Assembly: GCA_951406725.2 (NCBI GenBank)
Contig: OX597820.1
Span: forward strand, 65,410,001-65,474,000
Length of the DNA stretch: 64,000 bases
Source of the DNA: Octopus vulgaris
Lineage: Eukaryota
Reading direction: 5' to 3'
This document shows, one piece after another, positions 1-16,379 of this stretch. Numbering within the stretch: position 1 is the stretch's first letter; every line of letters starts with the position of its first letter. The notes below the pieces were generated by a model, which made no database searches, was not told the origin of the DNA, and saw nothing but the letters and a program-made list of their open reading frames with translations. The position numbers and the translations under genes were made by a program.

Positions 1-7
1 TGGTGAT

Positions 8-40
<33 letters not shown>

Positions 41-546
41 GAGAGAGAGAATGAGCAAGAACCCCCTTCCTGCATCCGTGTCCCTTACCTACCGACCAAC
101 CTATAATAAACACCTACCTAAAATACCTAACTCTAACCAATTTACTGTCCAATGCGCGGACGTGACGTTTTATCGTATATCAAACCTGGCTGTCATGTCT
201 TCCACTCCATTAATCAAGTCTTTCATACAAACACAATACACACATGTACGCACATGCAAAATACGTAAGCATTCACACACTTACGCATATAAACACATAC
301 ACTTTTCACTGTCTGAACTTCCAATCGCCCGACTCTTACTGCGATACGTTTAATAGATTCTGATACACCACTACGGCTACTACCACCAACGTCACCATCG
401 CATCCACAAATTAGTCGGTGAAGGACCCTCTACGTGATATCCGACGTGCTGGATATCGCAGTCAGAGCTGCGTCAAATCATTGTTCAGTGTCTGTAATGT
501 AGGATACATTGCATAGGTTTATTCGTACATAGTTATTCATACATAA

Positions 547-970
547 AGGCGAGGCTATGTGGTAAGTAACTTGATTCCCGACTACATGGTTTTGGGTTCT
601 ATCCCACTGCGGGGCACATTGGGCAAGTATCTTCTATAGCCACGGGCGGGCCAAAGCCTTGTGAGTGGATTTTTAGTAGACGGAAAGTAAAAGAAGCCGA
701 CGTGTATAAATGTATGTGTGTGTGTGTGCGCGCGCGTGCGCGTGGGTATGTGACTTTTTGTCCGTGTTTGTCTTCCACTACAGCTTGGTAACCGGTGTTT
801 GAGTGTTTACTTCCTCGTAACTTAGCGGTTCAGTAAAAGAGTTTGATAGAGCGAGTACCAGACTTAAAAAGATAACAAGTACAGGAGTCGATTCATTCAA
901 ATACAAATTTCTTCAAGGTGGTACCCCAGCATGGCCGCAGGCTAATGACTGAAACAAGTAAAAGAATAAA
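547..970 (+). mobile_element. SINE family A (tRNA-like head, central TA/TG microsatellite, 3' GACTGAAACAAGTAAAAGA tail), diverged copy
   Basis: Colinear by eye with better copies at 21179-21635 and 43085-43490; A-box-like GTGTGGTAAG and B-box-like GGTTC..TCCC in the head. Confidence 0.85.
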
Positions 971-974
971 ACAA

Positions 975-1194
975 TCTTTTCTGGTCTAGGCACAAGGCCC
1001 GAAATTTTTTCGGAAGGAAGGGGCCAGTCGATTATATCTACCCAAGTACGCAACTGGTACTTAATTTATCGACCTCCGAAAAGATGAAAGGCAAAGTTGA
1101 CTTCGGCGGAATTTGAACTTAGAACGTAAAGACAGGCGAAATACTGCTAAGCATTTCGCTCGGCATACTAACGCTTCTGGCAACTCGCCGCCTT
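975..1194 (-). mobile_element. SINE family B (GGCGGCGAGCTGGCAG head; GTCGACTTTGCCTTTCATCCTTTCGGGGTCGATAAA..AAGTACCAG central domain, Meta/MESC-like)
   Basis: Reverse complement matches copies at 35589-35818 and 60100-60868. Confidence 0.85.
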
Positions 1195-1283
1195 AAAAGA
1201 ATAAATGTATACCGCTTCGATGAAATATTTATGAGACAATGTTCCGTGTACGAAACAAGAGAACCTCAATTACTCCTTATAAG

Positions 1284-1319
<36 letters not shown>

Positions 1320-1544
1320 CAGTGTAGGTATCAGTTAAAGGAGTTTAATACCTCTAAGGGATAATTAAATACAAAGTCGCTCCTGGTTATTACCTGGGTA
1401 GGTAGTCTTTTGTAAAGTCGTACGGTAGCAGGGGGTTCGGTTGGCAGACCGTAGTTCCTACTTCCTTTGTTATCTAATTAAATTTAAGGCATACCAGCGA
1501 AAACTACGAGCTTCCCCTTGCTATTACATCCATTTTCTTCTCAT

Positions 1545-1596
<52 letters not shown>

Positions 1597-2439
1597 GTAT
1601 GTATACGAAAGGCTTCTTTCAGTTTTCGTCTGCCAAATCCACTCACCAGTCTTTGGTTGGCCGGAGGCTAGAGCAGAGGACACTTGCCCAAGGTTCCACA
1701 TGATCGATATGACAGTCAGCCTCCTTCAAATCACAACATTCTGTCTTTACAGTATGTTGGGACACATAGTATAGTGTAATCATACTTTGGCTGTTTCAGT
1801 TGAAGATCTATGTAACAATGTCACTCGTACCAAAGAGAAAATCTCAATGAGGTCGCTAAAATTAGCAGTCAAACCCGTTTAATTCTCTCGCTACTATTTT
1901 TAGAAATGGCGAGTCACTTTGGATAAGGTAGATTTAGACACCTCTGAAAACTCGGAATGTTCACAGCTGGAAAGACATACATCATAAGGTTGGTTACTTG
2001 ATCAGCGCTGGGCTAAAGGTGAACTACAATATAACTAACAGTAATTATCTCCACAACCAATAACACAGGACTGGCTTATCCAGCTTCACCACCGCCGCCG
2101 CCGCCGCCATTACCACCACCACTTCAACTTACATCACTGACAACAACAACAGCAGCAGTAGCAACAACAGCACTAACACTGTTAACAATGCCAACAACGT
2201 ATTAATCACCTCTACCACCAATAAGCAGACACACACGCACATTGTCGAAGTCAGAGAAGCATATACATATACACACATATATACACACACAAGCTCACAC
2301 ACACACACACACATACACAAGCTCACACACACACAAGCTCTCACACACACACACACACACACACACACTCGATGTACCCATTTCACTTCAGCTCAATCTG
2401 TTGTATAACTCAATTTACCCAGACGAATTCACCTAAATC

Positions 2440-2840
2440 TAAAGTGGTGGTATTGTTCTGGTGTTGGTCAGTGATGGGGATGGTGGTGGTGGTGGTGGTT
2501 GTGATGCTGGTGTTGATTCTGGTTCTGGGGGCGGTGTTGTTGTGGTTGTGGTGGTGGTGGTGGTGGTGGTGGTGGTGGTGGTGGTGGTGGTGGTGGTGGT
2601 GCTGTTGCTGGTCGTAGTGGTAAGGTACTGTAGGTGATGGTGGTGACGGTGCTCTGTGCTGGTGTTGGTGTTGGTGATGGTTGTAGTGGTAGTGATGGTA
2701 CTGATAATTGTAGTTGTGGTGGTGGTGGTGGTGGTGGTGATGGTGAATGTGATGGTGGTAAAAGTGGTGCTGGTAGATGTGGTGGTGGTAAGCGGAATGA
2801 CGGTAATGGTAGTGGTGTACGTAGAATTAATGGTGTTAGC
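2440..2840. repeat. (GGT)n/(GTT)n low-complexity trinucleotide tract
   Basis: Directly visible; source of the poly-W/V/T/P pseudo-ORFs. Confidence 0.95.
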
Positions 2841-3059
2841 GTGCAATGGTCGGTTGCAGATTTCTCTCTACCCACTTGTCTTAATGCTGTCTAAGGAATT
2901 TGTGGAAAATACACGCAAACACACGCACACATGCACACACACACACACATATGCACCCTGTCTCTCTATATATATGCCTCTGTCTCTATATCTATATGTC
3001 TGTCTCTATATGTGTGTGTATGTATATATATATATATATATATACGCATACATTCGTAC

Positions 3060-4469
<1,410 letters not shown>

Positions 4470-4540
4470 TATATACATGCATAGATAAATAGACAGAAAG
4501 ACAGACAGATAAACAGACAAACAGATAGTCAGAAAAAATG

Positions 4541-4627
<87 letters not shown>

Positions 4628-5127
4628 TGTTTCAGAAACTCGTTTTGCAACCACGTGACTTTAGGTTCATTCCACTACGCGGTACCTTCGGTAAGTGTCA
4701 TCTACTATAACTTGGGTCGATCAATGCCTTGTGAGTGAAACTGTACACAGATACTGCGTGGAAGCCTGCATGGAAGTCTGTATAGTAGTCTATTGTATTT
4801 ACTACAATTTTTTGACTATCTACTTGTGATGCCTCGAATTGATAAAGGTTATTACACTCTTTCGTTTCTGCTTTGTGAGACGCTCTCCGTCTTCACTATT
4901 TTGATATTTTGGTATACTTCCAGCACACTAAAACGCTCTTCTTTCTCACTTCATATAGTGTATGATGTATATTTTCTATTGGACAGTGGAAATTTTAATG
5001 CCATCTCATCTTTTTTATTTTAATCTTCTCAATTCATTTCAAGCAAAACACTAATATATTTCATCCTGTCGTTATAATCTTTTCCCCATCTGACATAACT
5101 ATGGCAAATAAATCTTGTCATTATTCA

Positions 5128-5310
5128 CAAGGTGGCAGAAGCTTTAAGCACGTCAGCTCAAATGCACATTAGTATTTCGTCTTGCCATAGTCAACTCTAC
5201 CTTTCATCGTTTCTGAGGGTCGATAAAATAAGTACCAGTGGAGCACCGGGGTCAATGTCATCGACTTATACCCTTCACCAAAACAGCTACCCGTGTGCCA
5301 AAATTTGAAA
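5128..5310 (+). mobile_element. SINE family B, diverged, followed by (ATT)n
   Basis: Central domain CCTTTCATCG..GGGTCGATAAAATAAGTACCAG. Confidence 0.75.
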
Positions 5311-5343
5311 ATACTACTATTATTATTACTATTATTATTATTA

Positions 5344-5404
<61 letters not shown>

Positions 5405-5576
5405 CATTCCTCCGTAACACAGTGTAGGTAAAAATGCACCGGAGTCTTTAGTCATAACAATAACAGTAACAACAATAATAATGATAATAATAAAAAGAAG
5501 AAGAAGAAGAAGAAGAAGAAGAAGAAGAAGAAGAAGAAGAAGAAGAAGAAGAAGAAGAAGAAGAAGAAGAAGAAGA

Positions 5577-6003
<427 letters not shown>

Positions 6004-6007
6004 TACA

Positions 6008-6280
6008 CGCGCAGAGTGGGTGTGTTGAAAGAAGCTTGCTTCTCAACCGCATGGCTTCGGGTTCAGTTCCCATATTTGTCTCTCCAACACCGCTTGAGAA
6101 CCGGTGTTCGTATGCTTGTGTCCCCGTAACTTACCGGTTTCCCCAAAAGTTTTCTAAAAAAATAAGCATAAGGCATTTAAAGAAATAAGTAGTGGGGCCG
6201 ATTCCTTCGACGAACAACTTTTCCAAGGCTGTGCCCAGCATCGCCGTTGTAGTCATATGACTGAAACAAGTAAAAGATAA
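6008..6280 (+). mobile_element. SINE family A, internally deleted
   Basis: Head (GGGTTCAGTTCC) joined directly to the 3' half ending ACTGAAACAAGTAAAAGA. Confidence 0.75.
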
Positions 6281-6549
6281 AAAAAAAAAATATACTTAAA
6301 AAATACAAAACAAAGTGAAAGTAACAAAAAAAATTTGATGACGAAAAGCCCATTCCGTACAGTTTGCGAGGTTCATTTAGTTGTTTGTAAACCGAATACT
6401 TGATGTAATTACGAACTTTGAAAGAAAAGACGGAGATTCTTACTTTGATGTGACGACGAATTAGACGCACATACGTATTAACAGGCACATACAAACATAC
6501 ATACACATATGTATGTATTTATGCATAAATATAGATACATATGATAATA

Positions 6550-6589
<40 letters not shown>

Positions 6590-6791
6590 CATACATACAC
6601 ACAAGCATAGACATACATATTCTTTGAAGGAGGATACGTGTGTATGCATGTATGTATTCATACACACACATACATATAAACATGCATATATCTATATATA
6701 TATATATGTATGTATGTATACATACATATATATATATACACACACACACACATATATATATATATTTACACATACGTATATACACACACAC

Positions 6792-6845
<54 letters not shown>

Positions 6846-7271
6846 CTCGGCCAGTCAATCTTACAGGGTGCACCATAGGAAACATGGACTGATTCCGAAA
6901 ATGGTGAGGTGTGAATTATAAATTATTAAGGAGGCTATTCGCAACCTAGCACCGAAAGCAACAATTATAGTCGTCATTAAGTGACGGAGGGTGCTAGTAA
7001 GCTGTGGCTATATATGTATGTTTATATGTGTGTATGCGTGCGGATGAGCGGACACATATCCGTGTGAATGTATATAGGCATGCGCGCACATGTATACTTA
7101 TGAATGTTTGTGTCTGTCTGTGCATGCGTTTGAAAGTTTGCAGCCACAGTGTCAAAAGGCCTGAATCAGACAATGGCATCATGCTTGACTGAACTCATAG
7201 CCACCAGAACTCAAAGGTTTACACACGCTGAGCCGCTCAATGTAATACCCCTCGATATACATTACGTTCTA

Positions 7272-7485
7272 GGGCGGCGAGCTGGCAGAATCGTTAGTAC
7301 GCCGGGCGAAATGCTTATTGAGATTTCGTTCGCCGGTATTTCGTTCTGAGTTCAAATACCGTCAAGGTCATCTTTGCCTTTTGTCCTTTCGGAGTCAATT
7401 AAATAAGTACCAGTTACGCACTGGGGTCGATGTAATCGACTTAATCTCTTTGTCTGTCCTTGTTTGTTCTCATGTAGGCAATAAA
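7272..7485 (+). mobile_element. SINE family B
   Basis: GGCGGCGAGCTGGCAGAATCGTTAG head plus central domain. Confidence 0.85.
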
Positions 7486-8314
7486 TATACACTTGGTTCT
7501 TTGTATTTCTATTTCTTTCCTTTTAGCAATAACATCATGACCCAAAAAATAAACATCCCCACCCAATTCATGTTCGATGCTTTGTGTTTTTATTCTTGTA
7601 TTTTCTTCCCAAGCAAATCCTCCTCACTAGAACACATGCATCCGAACTGCTAGATTCACTCAATACCATCATTTACCCTGAAGCACAATCGAAATGTAAA
7701 TTTGTGAACTCATAAGCATATTATGCCACCTGAAGACGCTCTTTTGCATTATGTCATGCATCTGGTTTCATTACATCATCCCACATCCTCTAGGAAATAG
7801 TGCAACATGAAGTTGAAACAATTGTTGTATTAGTATAATGCATTTTGTTAAATTCAGCCTTCTCTATTCATCTTCCATATATGTCCTCCGTGCACCCTGG
7901 AATTTCTGGACGTAGATCCGACGATGAATCCAAAGAATCCACAATGACACGTGGTAGCCATAAGTGGTGAACGTACTCTGCAGAGACACTAACTGGGACT
8001 CACCCAGAAACAAGGTTTGGATACTGCATTTAATACCTCTGTTTGGAACCTTAATTTTTAAACTTTAAATTCGACTTATGTATGTATGTATGCATGTATG
8101 TATGTATGTATGTAGATATGTATATATATATATTTATATGGTGCTATTAAGTTAGACATGGCCTGGGCCAATAATGGCCGAACCCTATCAAAGTATATAT
8201 ATATATAACGGGAAGCTTTATGAAAATAGACAAAAGACGAAGGCAGGTTTACGGAAATAAACAAAAGACGAAGGCAGGTGGAATACAAACAAACAATTGT
8301 ATACATACATACAT

Positions 8315-8765
<451 letters not shown>

Positions 8766-8884
8766 ATATATATACATACATACAAACATACATACATACA
8801 TACATACATACATACATTCATACATACATACACACATACATAATAAATACATGCATACATACATGCATACAATCAGTTTTCTTT

Positions 8885-10050
8885 TAGTTTTCTCATTCTT
8901 TAGCTATCGGTGTGGATTTTTCTATATTTGAGAGATGATTGTATCAATAGACATTCCTCCTGCACTTTCTGAAGACCGATTTTCATTCGATTGTTCTGTA
9001 CAAGAAATTTTCCTTCAAAATTGCAAGAAGAAATTTAATGAAAAAATATTCATCTTTGATACAAATTGCTGAGAACCTAGGACTGCTGTAGCAAAATTAT
9101 TTAAGATAACCTTGGGGTAGTTAAATTGTTTATATATATTACTATATGTTTATGTATATAATCTGTAAGGAAAGTCAAATCTGTTATGCAATTTTAAGAT
9201 ATTCAGTGTTACATCCAGAAATTTTCTGTAATAAGTTTAGTATCAATAACACTAAGTGGATCAAAATAGCTTTTAAAGAGATATAAAATTTCTGAAATCT
9301 ATCAGTAAACCGAGTGTTGGAGTTTCTAAGAACCAGATCATCTTTTCGGAACAGACTCCCCAAGAAACAAGGAAATCTACGTCTTGGATTATGAGATAAG
9401 AATAAATCAATAATATCACTAACCTCGGCGGCGTTGATGGCATCTGTACTAACATTAAAGAGTTTATTTAGAGGATTTTAAGTTCAGATAGAGTGATCAT
9501 AATTAATAACATTTTCCCTAAACTGCATAATAATATCTCTTTCGGCCTCGATAATATCAGTAATGGAACTAGGAAAATTATGAGTGTTAATAAGTAAGGG
9601 TTTAATTATCGAAGCGTAATAATACTAGATATCAATTTGAACGAATTTAGAATCGATTTATTCGGAAGAGATTGAGATAAATTAATGTCGGCTTATGCAT
9701 TGTTCCGTGGTTAAGAGAGAAACTTCCTAAATCTTTGGGTCTTATCTAAGAGGATCCTATCTTAAGTATTCTTGCTAATTATACCACTGTCCAATTTAGT
9801 AGGATTTATAAGTCTGATGAAGAGATTAATAGGAAAGCTGAGAAGTAGACTTGGAAAGCAAAGTACGTTTCCTTTGGGTCGACGAAATTTCTGGTAAACA
9901 CCTGGCCGTAGATATTGATAATATTCCGTGTATACTATGGAATTTTCCGCTATAATTCACCTCAAAATGTATCCGAACTACGTTGAATGATGAGAACAGG
10001 TTGAGAAATAGGGTTTCAAATAATTCGTATGATTCTCATTTTCTTTTTCG
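8885..10050 (-). pseudogene. Decayed Penelope-like element reverse transcriptase (probably Neptune-type)
   Basis: Manual minus-strand translation gives IRLINPTKLDSGIISK, FVQIDI*YYYASI, DIIMQFRENV, AEVSDIIDLFLSH, GSLFRKDDLV (GLYRDDGL-like), FLDVTLN and YKQFNYPKVIL (YI..SNHP-like) in PLE RT order, with stops and frameshifts. Confidence 0.8.
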
Positions 10051-10080
10051 AATACCTATCTATCTATCTATATATATATA

Positions 10081-10144
<64 letters not shown>

Positions 10145-10369
10145 CATCTATCCATATATCTATCTACTTATATACCAATCTATTCAAGCTCTCACTCTGT
10201 ATACACACACACACACACCTACATACATATATACGTACACGTATGAGCGTATATTTATGTATTTATATATGTATATAGGCATGTGTGTGTGTATGTGTGT
10301 ATGTGCGCGCGCGCTTGCGTGTACGAGCGTGACAGAATTAGTACTACGTTAAATATACACACTCGATGG

Positions 10370-11158
10370 GAAAGGTTCAGAAGTATGGACCATGATTTCA
10401 GCATGCTTGAAGTGACAACAACAAAATTCAACGAACCACAATCTCCGCTGGTTTGCTTGCTCGTCACTGCTTAACTCATGGACACAAGCAACAATTTCTT
10501 TACCAAATCGTTACTGGCGACAAAAAATGGTGCCTGTACATCAATATGAAGCAGCGTAAGGAACGGCTTAGCCCCGGTAAACAAGTGACACCGCGCGTGA
10601 AACAAGTTCTTCATCCACATAAAACGATGTTGTGCATATAGTGGGACTGGGAAGGGATTATCCATTACGAATTGCTTGAACGGAAGCAAACGGTCAACTC
10701 GGAATTCTATGTTCAACAGATGGAATGACTCAACACGGCTATTCAAGAGAAAAGACCTAATCGTCAGTATGGAGTTCTTCTGCTGTACGACAACGCCCGC
10801 CCTCATATCGCCAACATGACCAAGGAAGCCATTCAAACGCATGGCTAGTTAGTACTGCCACACCTGCCGTACTCTCCTGATTTGGCACCAACCGATTGCC
10901 ACCTCTTTCGATCTCTTTCAAATGATATGCGCGGAGTTTCGTTCAATACTGATGCAGAGTTCAGAGCTTGGTTGGATCAATTTTTCGAGTCGAAAACGGG
11001 TGATTTCTACCAACGAGGTATTGAAAACCTTATCGAATGTTGGGAAGAAGTTGTAAACAACAAGGGTGAAATCATTATTGATTAATTAGTTATTTTTTAT
11101 TAAACCTTTGAAAAAAATAAAATTTTATAAATTAACGGGAACTTAGTTACCAAACTAA
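10370..11158 (+). mobile_element. 5'-truncated mariner transposon (catalytic domain plus right TIR)
   Basis: IVTGDKKW, YDNARPH, HLPYSPDLAPTDCHLFRSL ... GEIIID with in-frame stops; TIR-like end AACTTAGTTACCAAACTAA followed by TA. Confidence 0.9.
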
Positions 11159-11205
11159 TAGATGGTGAATATGCACCGGAATAATCATTTAAAGATGTTT
11201 TGTTA

Positions 11206-11390
11206 CAGGCGCAGGAGTGGCTGTGTGATGAGTAGCTTTTTTATCGACCACATGGTTCCGGGTTTAGTCCCACTGCGTGGCACTTTGGTCAAGTGTCTTC
11301 TACTATAGCCTCGGGCCGACCAAAGCCTTGTGAGTAGATTTGGCAGACGGAAACTGAAAGAAGCCCGTCGTATAAATGTATATATATATA
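11206..11390 (+). mobile_element. SINE family A, 5' half
   Basis: Near-consensus head ending in (TA)n, into which a PLE-like piece is inserted. Confidence 0.9.
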
Positions 11391-11391
11391 T

Positions 11392-11550
11392 GGGGAGAAT
11401 TCACAAAAAAAAAAGACAAAAGAAGACAGGGGGTGTAGACAACAGACAGATGTATTAGTTTAACGTTTGGGAAGTGAAAAAGTCTTTAACGTTTCAAGCT
11501 TACGCTCTTCCACAGAAGGGAACACAGAAAGAAACAAGCAGAGAAAATAA
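11392..11550 (-). mobile_element. PLE-derived short repeat with degenerate minimal hammerhead
   Basis: Minus strand CUGUGGA-A-GAGC..GCUU-GAAACGUU-AAAG; homologous to 61675-61870. Confidence 0.55.
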
Positions 11551-12007
11551 TGATGTGTAGTTATACATGCATACATATACACATACATATACACATATAT
11601 ATACATGCATATATATGTTATTTGTATACAAACCTTGGCTGTAATAGTGATCATGTAGGTAGCATTACATTTTTTAAAAGACCATTTGCATTAAAATTGC
11701 TGAAATGTAAACATTTATTCATTCCTTATTTTATATATTCATTTATTTATTCATTCATTCATTTATTTAAGAGGAAATTGAAAAATCCTGGATATGCCAA
11801 TCCTATACATAGATACCCAGAGCCACAGACACGAAACCTTACAAAAATCTTTGGCATTCGTATACAAAAGCATAAACTGTGACAACAACTCCATTTTCTA
11901 TTCTGTTTCATTGGATTCACTAACGCACTTTTCATCTGAATATATACTATAAATATTGACATATGTGAGTGTTTTTGCTCGTATTTATCTTATACACATA
12001 CGTATGC

Positions 12008-12066
<59 letters not shown>

Positions 12067-12362
12067 ATAATAAATTGGAGATATACATCTAAATCAAATA
12101 TCAATTACCAGATATCTTGTATTAGTAATTTGTGGTAAATCATTTTACCTTTGCCCATATAATGCAGTAAATGAATTGATTGTATCGCAATCATTAACAT
12201 TTATGTATTAACTTTGTTGGGTACTTCACTAGCAGTATATTGGATATATGTTACCCCATGGAGGGTTGCATTTACAACCCGTATCTCAATTTGTATCTAA
12301 ATATATATATATATGTATATATATGTATGTATCCGGATGTTTTGCGTTCTTGTCTCATTTTG

Positions 12363-12410
<48 letters not shown>

Positions 12411-12412
<2 letters not shown>

Positions 12413-12655
12413 TTACTCTTTTACTCTTTTAATTGTTTCAGTCATGTGACTGTGGCCATGCTGGATAACCGCCTTTAGTCGAGCAAATCGACTCCAGGAC
12501 TTATTCTTTGTAAGCCTAGTACTTATTCTATCGGTCTCTCTTTCCGAACTGCTAAGTGATGGGTACGTAAACACACCACTATCTGTTGTCAAGCGATGCT
12601 GGAGGGACAAACACAGGCACACAAACATATACACACACATACATACATACATACA

Positions 12656-12691
<36 letters not shown>

Positions 12692-12860
12692 TATACACGA
12701 CGGCTTTCTTTCAGTTTCTGTCTACCAAATCCACTCACAAGGCTTTGGTTGGCCCGAAGCTATAGTAGAAGACTCTTGCCCAAGGTGCCACGCAGTGGGA
12801 CTGAACCAGGAACTATGTGCTTCGTAAGCAAGCTACTTACCACACAGCCAATCCAACGCC

Positions 12861-12863
<3 letters not shown>
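12411..12863 (-). mobile_element. SINE family A, full length
   Basis: Reverse complement of the 43085-43490-type copy. Confidence 0.9.
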
Positions 12864-12931
<68 letters not shown>

Positions 12932-12942
12932 TATATAGAAGG

Positions 12943-12993
12943 AGCTTCTACAGGACTAGTACTGTTTCATTCAAGAGAAATCTTCAGGAAGCT
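12943..12993 (-). ncRNA. Type I hammerhead ribozyme motif (inverted copy)
   Basis: Reverse complement of 16380-16430. Confidence 0.65.
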
Positions 12994-13399
12994 ATTTAAC
13001 AAGAATTGTATTAGCATTTATACATTTAGGCAGGTTTAAAGGAGTGGTGGTGGGGGACTTTTTGGGGGTAGGCATAGCGCAAAATATCATACTTGGGGGA
13101 GTGGTCAAGGAGTCAGTGGTAAGTTAGATGAAAGAATAGATAAATAAAAAAATAAAAAAATAAAAAATAAAAAAATAAAAAAATAAAAAAATAAAATAAA
13201 AAAATAAAAAAAAAAAAAAATAAAAAATATAAAAAATATATATAAAAAAAAATATATATATAAAATATATATATATATAAAAAAATATATATATAAAAAA
13301 AGGGGGGATAGAGTTATAGGTAAATAAGGAGATTCTCACTTATACCTATACACACATGTATACGTATCTACACACACATACATACATACACATATATAT

Positions 13400-13450
<51 letters not shown>

Positions 13451-14328
13451 CATATGTACACACATACATACATATCTACATACACACATACATACACCCG
13501 CCCACATATACAAATTTATACACATGCACATGCCTATACCTGTCTACACATACACACACGTATATATGCATACACTCACTCCCATGCATGCACGCATACA
13601 CACATGTATATATATATATATATATACCCACGACCACACATACATATATACACATAAAAATATATATTCATACTCACATACACTCATGCACACACAACAC
13701 ACCTAGTTCCCTATATACACATATTTACACCTATATATACATACACCCACATACACCTATGTACACATATATATATATAAACATATACACGCATACATAT
13801 ATATACATGTGTGCACATACATACATACACACATATATACATACACATACACATACACATGTGTACCTATACATACCTACACATACACACATACATACAT
13901 ACAAATATACATATACATATATATATATACAATCCAATACAGGCCCATTCCCTAATTTTAATTTTATTATCTTCATTTATTACTTTTGTTATCTTTGATC
14001 GCTAGGGCTAAGAATCCTGGCAATGGCTGCATGTCCATTTGTCTGTCTACTAGAAGGCAAGTACTCAATCCCGCACGCACACTCATTAGCACGTACATTC
14101 ACCCATTCGTACACTCATACACATACACGTACGCACGCGTTATATTCATACATACAAACATCTACATACGTTCACGTATATACACATACGTACTCGTACC
14201 TACAGATTCGTGTCTACACTTTAGGAGGCTAGTCTATACATATACACCAATAAATATACATATATATATATATATACCCGCATATACATACACACGGACA
14301 CATATATACTCCTACATACAGATACATA

Positions 14329-14382
<54 letters not shown>

Positions 14383-14876
14383 CATACACATACACACATA
14401 CATATACACACACATACATACACATATATATACATACACAAACATATATACACACATATATATATACACATACACACATACACACATACATACGTATACA
14501 TACATACATACATCCATACATCCATACTTACATGCATTTATACGCATACACACACCCATCTATATATATGTGTATATATATATATATATATATACACACT
14601 CACACATACATATACAAATCTACGCACACACATACATACATACACGTATACGCATACACGCACATACACATATACATGCGTACCCATACACGTGCACACA
14701 CGCACGCGCATCCATATATATACACACACACACATATATATGCACGTGTGCAAGCATACATACATACTCATACGCGCACACATACTTACAAATACATATA
14801 TGCACACACTTACACACATATATATACATACACATATACATGCATACATACATATATGCATACATACACACACGCA

Positions 14877-14918
<42 letters not shown>

Positions 14919-14981
14919 TATATACATATATAGATATATATACACATACATACACATACACATACATACACACATATACAC

Positions 14982-15016
<35 letters not shown>

Positions 15017-15225
15017 TACATATATACACATATACATACATATACATACACACACACATACATATATACATATACACTGATACACATACCCATACATACA
15101 CATGCATATACTTATATCACTACATACTCACATATATAAACATATATACATATACACACATACATATATACATGTACATACACATACGTATGCATATATA
15201 TATATATACATATATATACACATAC

Positions 15226-15260
<35 letters not shown>

Positions 15261-15518
15261 TACATATACACATATACATGTATACATACGCAAAAATGAT
15301 ACACATATATACACATACACACACACAGACAGATGCATATACATACATATATATATATAAACTACATATCTATATAAATACATACATAATACACATATAC
15401 ACACACATATATATACATTCATGCATATACATATACAAGTATACATACACATACATACACACACACGCGCACACATACATATACACACACACATATACAA
15501 ATACATACATACACACAT

Positions 15519-15551
<33 letters not shown>

Positions 15552-15919
15552 CATACATGTACACATATACATATGTATATATATATCAACAAGGGAGGGT
15601 AAAGTTAATTAGTTATTAATCAATTTCATCAAGTGTTCAGTATGTAAAGGGACCATTATTATTTTGAGTAAACAATGTTAGAGGAAAAAAATTCTCTAAG
15701 TAGTGGAAGAGGCTAAAAAACTTTATTGGCTGCTATTTCTAGAAAGTTTAGTATGTGGCAAAGTAATTTATTTTATTTTCCTAAGCCCTAATTATATAAT
15801 ATTTTATACATACATACACATACATAAGCACATACATTTACACATACATATGCATATACATATATACACATATACATACAAACACATATACACATATACA
15901 CACACACACACATACAAGC

Positions 15920-15964
<45 letters not shown>

Positions 15965-16379
15965 AATATATATACATATATATTTTTACATGCATACATA
16001 CACACACACACACATAATACATGCGTATATTCCTACTGTACCCATGCATTTCTATACATATATACATACATACATACGATACACATATACAAGCGTGCAC
16101 ATATAATATGTGAAAGGTCTTAGGAGAAAAGGTAATCGGGGGTGCTAGGGGAACAGTGGGGTTGGGGGGGGGTTGTAGGGGGGGGGGTTGTAGGGGTTTT
16201 ATTTTTTATTTTTTTATTTTTTTTTTTATTTATCTATTCTTTCATCTAACTTACCACTGACTCCTTGACCACTCCCCCAAGTATGATATTTTGCGCTATG
16301 CCTACCCCCAAAAAGTCCCCCACCACCACTCCTTTAAACCTGCCTAAATGTATAAATGCTAATACAATTCTTGTTAAAT

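Noticed and set aside
2372-2894. Poly-Pro/Thr/Trp/Gly ORFs resembling extensin or mucin (also 24038-24413)
   Set aside because: Simple trinucleotide repeats open in several frames, with no splice or domain support
9808-9856. CTGATGA...GAAA hammerhead-like spacing
   Set aside because: No stem II or III pairing, and it lies antisense within the PLE RT coding remnant
13346-15619. Long ORFs (up to 315 aa) rich in Y/I/H/T or V/C/M
   Set aside because: Translations of CA/TA microsatellite that lacks stop codons; the same applies to most ORF-track entries
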